From Girardia tigrina (taxonomy: Eukaryota): a stretch of 64,000 nt of DNA. Where the stretch lies: assembly GCA_001938485.1 (NCBI GenBank), contig MQRK01241688.1, positions 1 to 64,000 of the forward strand, read 5' to 3'. Under the pieces are notes generated by a model. The model was not told where the DNA came from. It made no database searches and saw only the letters and a list, made by a program, of their open reading frames with translations. Positions 63,616 to 64,000 of this stretch are shown here, in pieces. Each line of letters begins with the position of its first letter. The first letter of the stretch is position 1. The position numbers and the translations under genes were made by a program.

Positions 63616-64000
63616 AAAAACAATTAAAATTCATTAAAAATAATTTGAATTTTTTTGTGAATTTTTCCAATATTTATTATTGGCTTGATTAATTTAATAA
63701 TTTGTCTTATTTTTTATTATCACCTTAATTTTTAAATTGCTATATTATATTTTTTTTCTATCCGATTATCTTAATTATTTTTGTTAATGTATGTTTTTCG
63801 ATTTTTGTTTTTTTTATTTTAATTAACATCGTTATGGTTATTTTAATTCTACCGAAAGAATTCAAATTAGAAACACTTTCATAAATTTTGAGTAAATTAA
63901 TTTCTAAAATATTTTTTTCGATAAAAATTTTTAACCCTTTTTGATGTGTTTATATTTCTTAATTTAAAATTTTTAGATGTACTACTATTTGTACATCTTT

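Overview
This is very AT-rich eukaryotic genomic DNA from a draft assembly with N gaps. It is probably an invertebrate, since it has ~50-57 nt spliceosomal introns and a metazoan transposon spectrum, but I cannot name the species. Most of the window is nested, decayed transposable elements: mariner DD34D, Minos-like Tc1, rosa/DD41D, DD37E, pogo/Tigger and piggyBac-type MITEs, hAT (hATm-like and SPIN/Charlie-like), a Phantom-type MULE, Gypsy and BEL remnants with solo LTRs, Penelope elements with minimal hammerhead ribozymes, and RTE-clade LINEs. Host-like content is small: an intronless Ser/Thr kinase, a 3-exon orphan 4-TM gene, two TBC-like exons, one further spliced gene start and a ubiquitin pseudogene. 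The main candidate for an undescribed system is a group of three divergent RTE-clade retrotransposons with C-terminal C2H2 zinc fingers. All three end, without an obvious repeat tail, in the same multi-stem RNA motif, which is near-identical in two copies and shows compensatory base changes in the third. The second candidate is an isolated ~440 nt GC-rich, self-complementary, ORF-less island behind a CCAAT palindrome and a candidate intron. All family calls come from motif recognition by eye; no searches were run.
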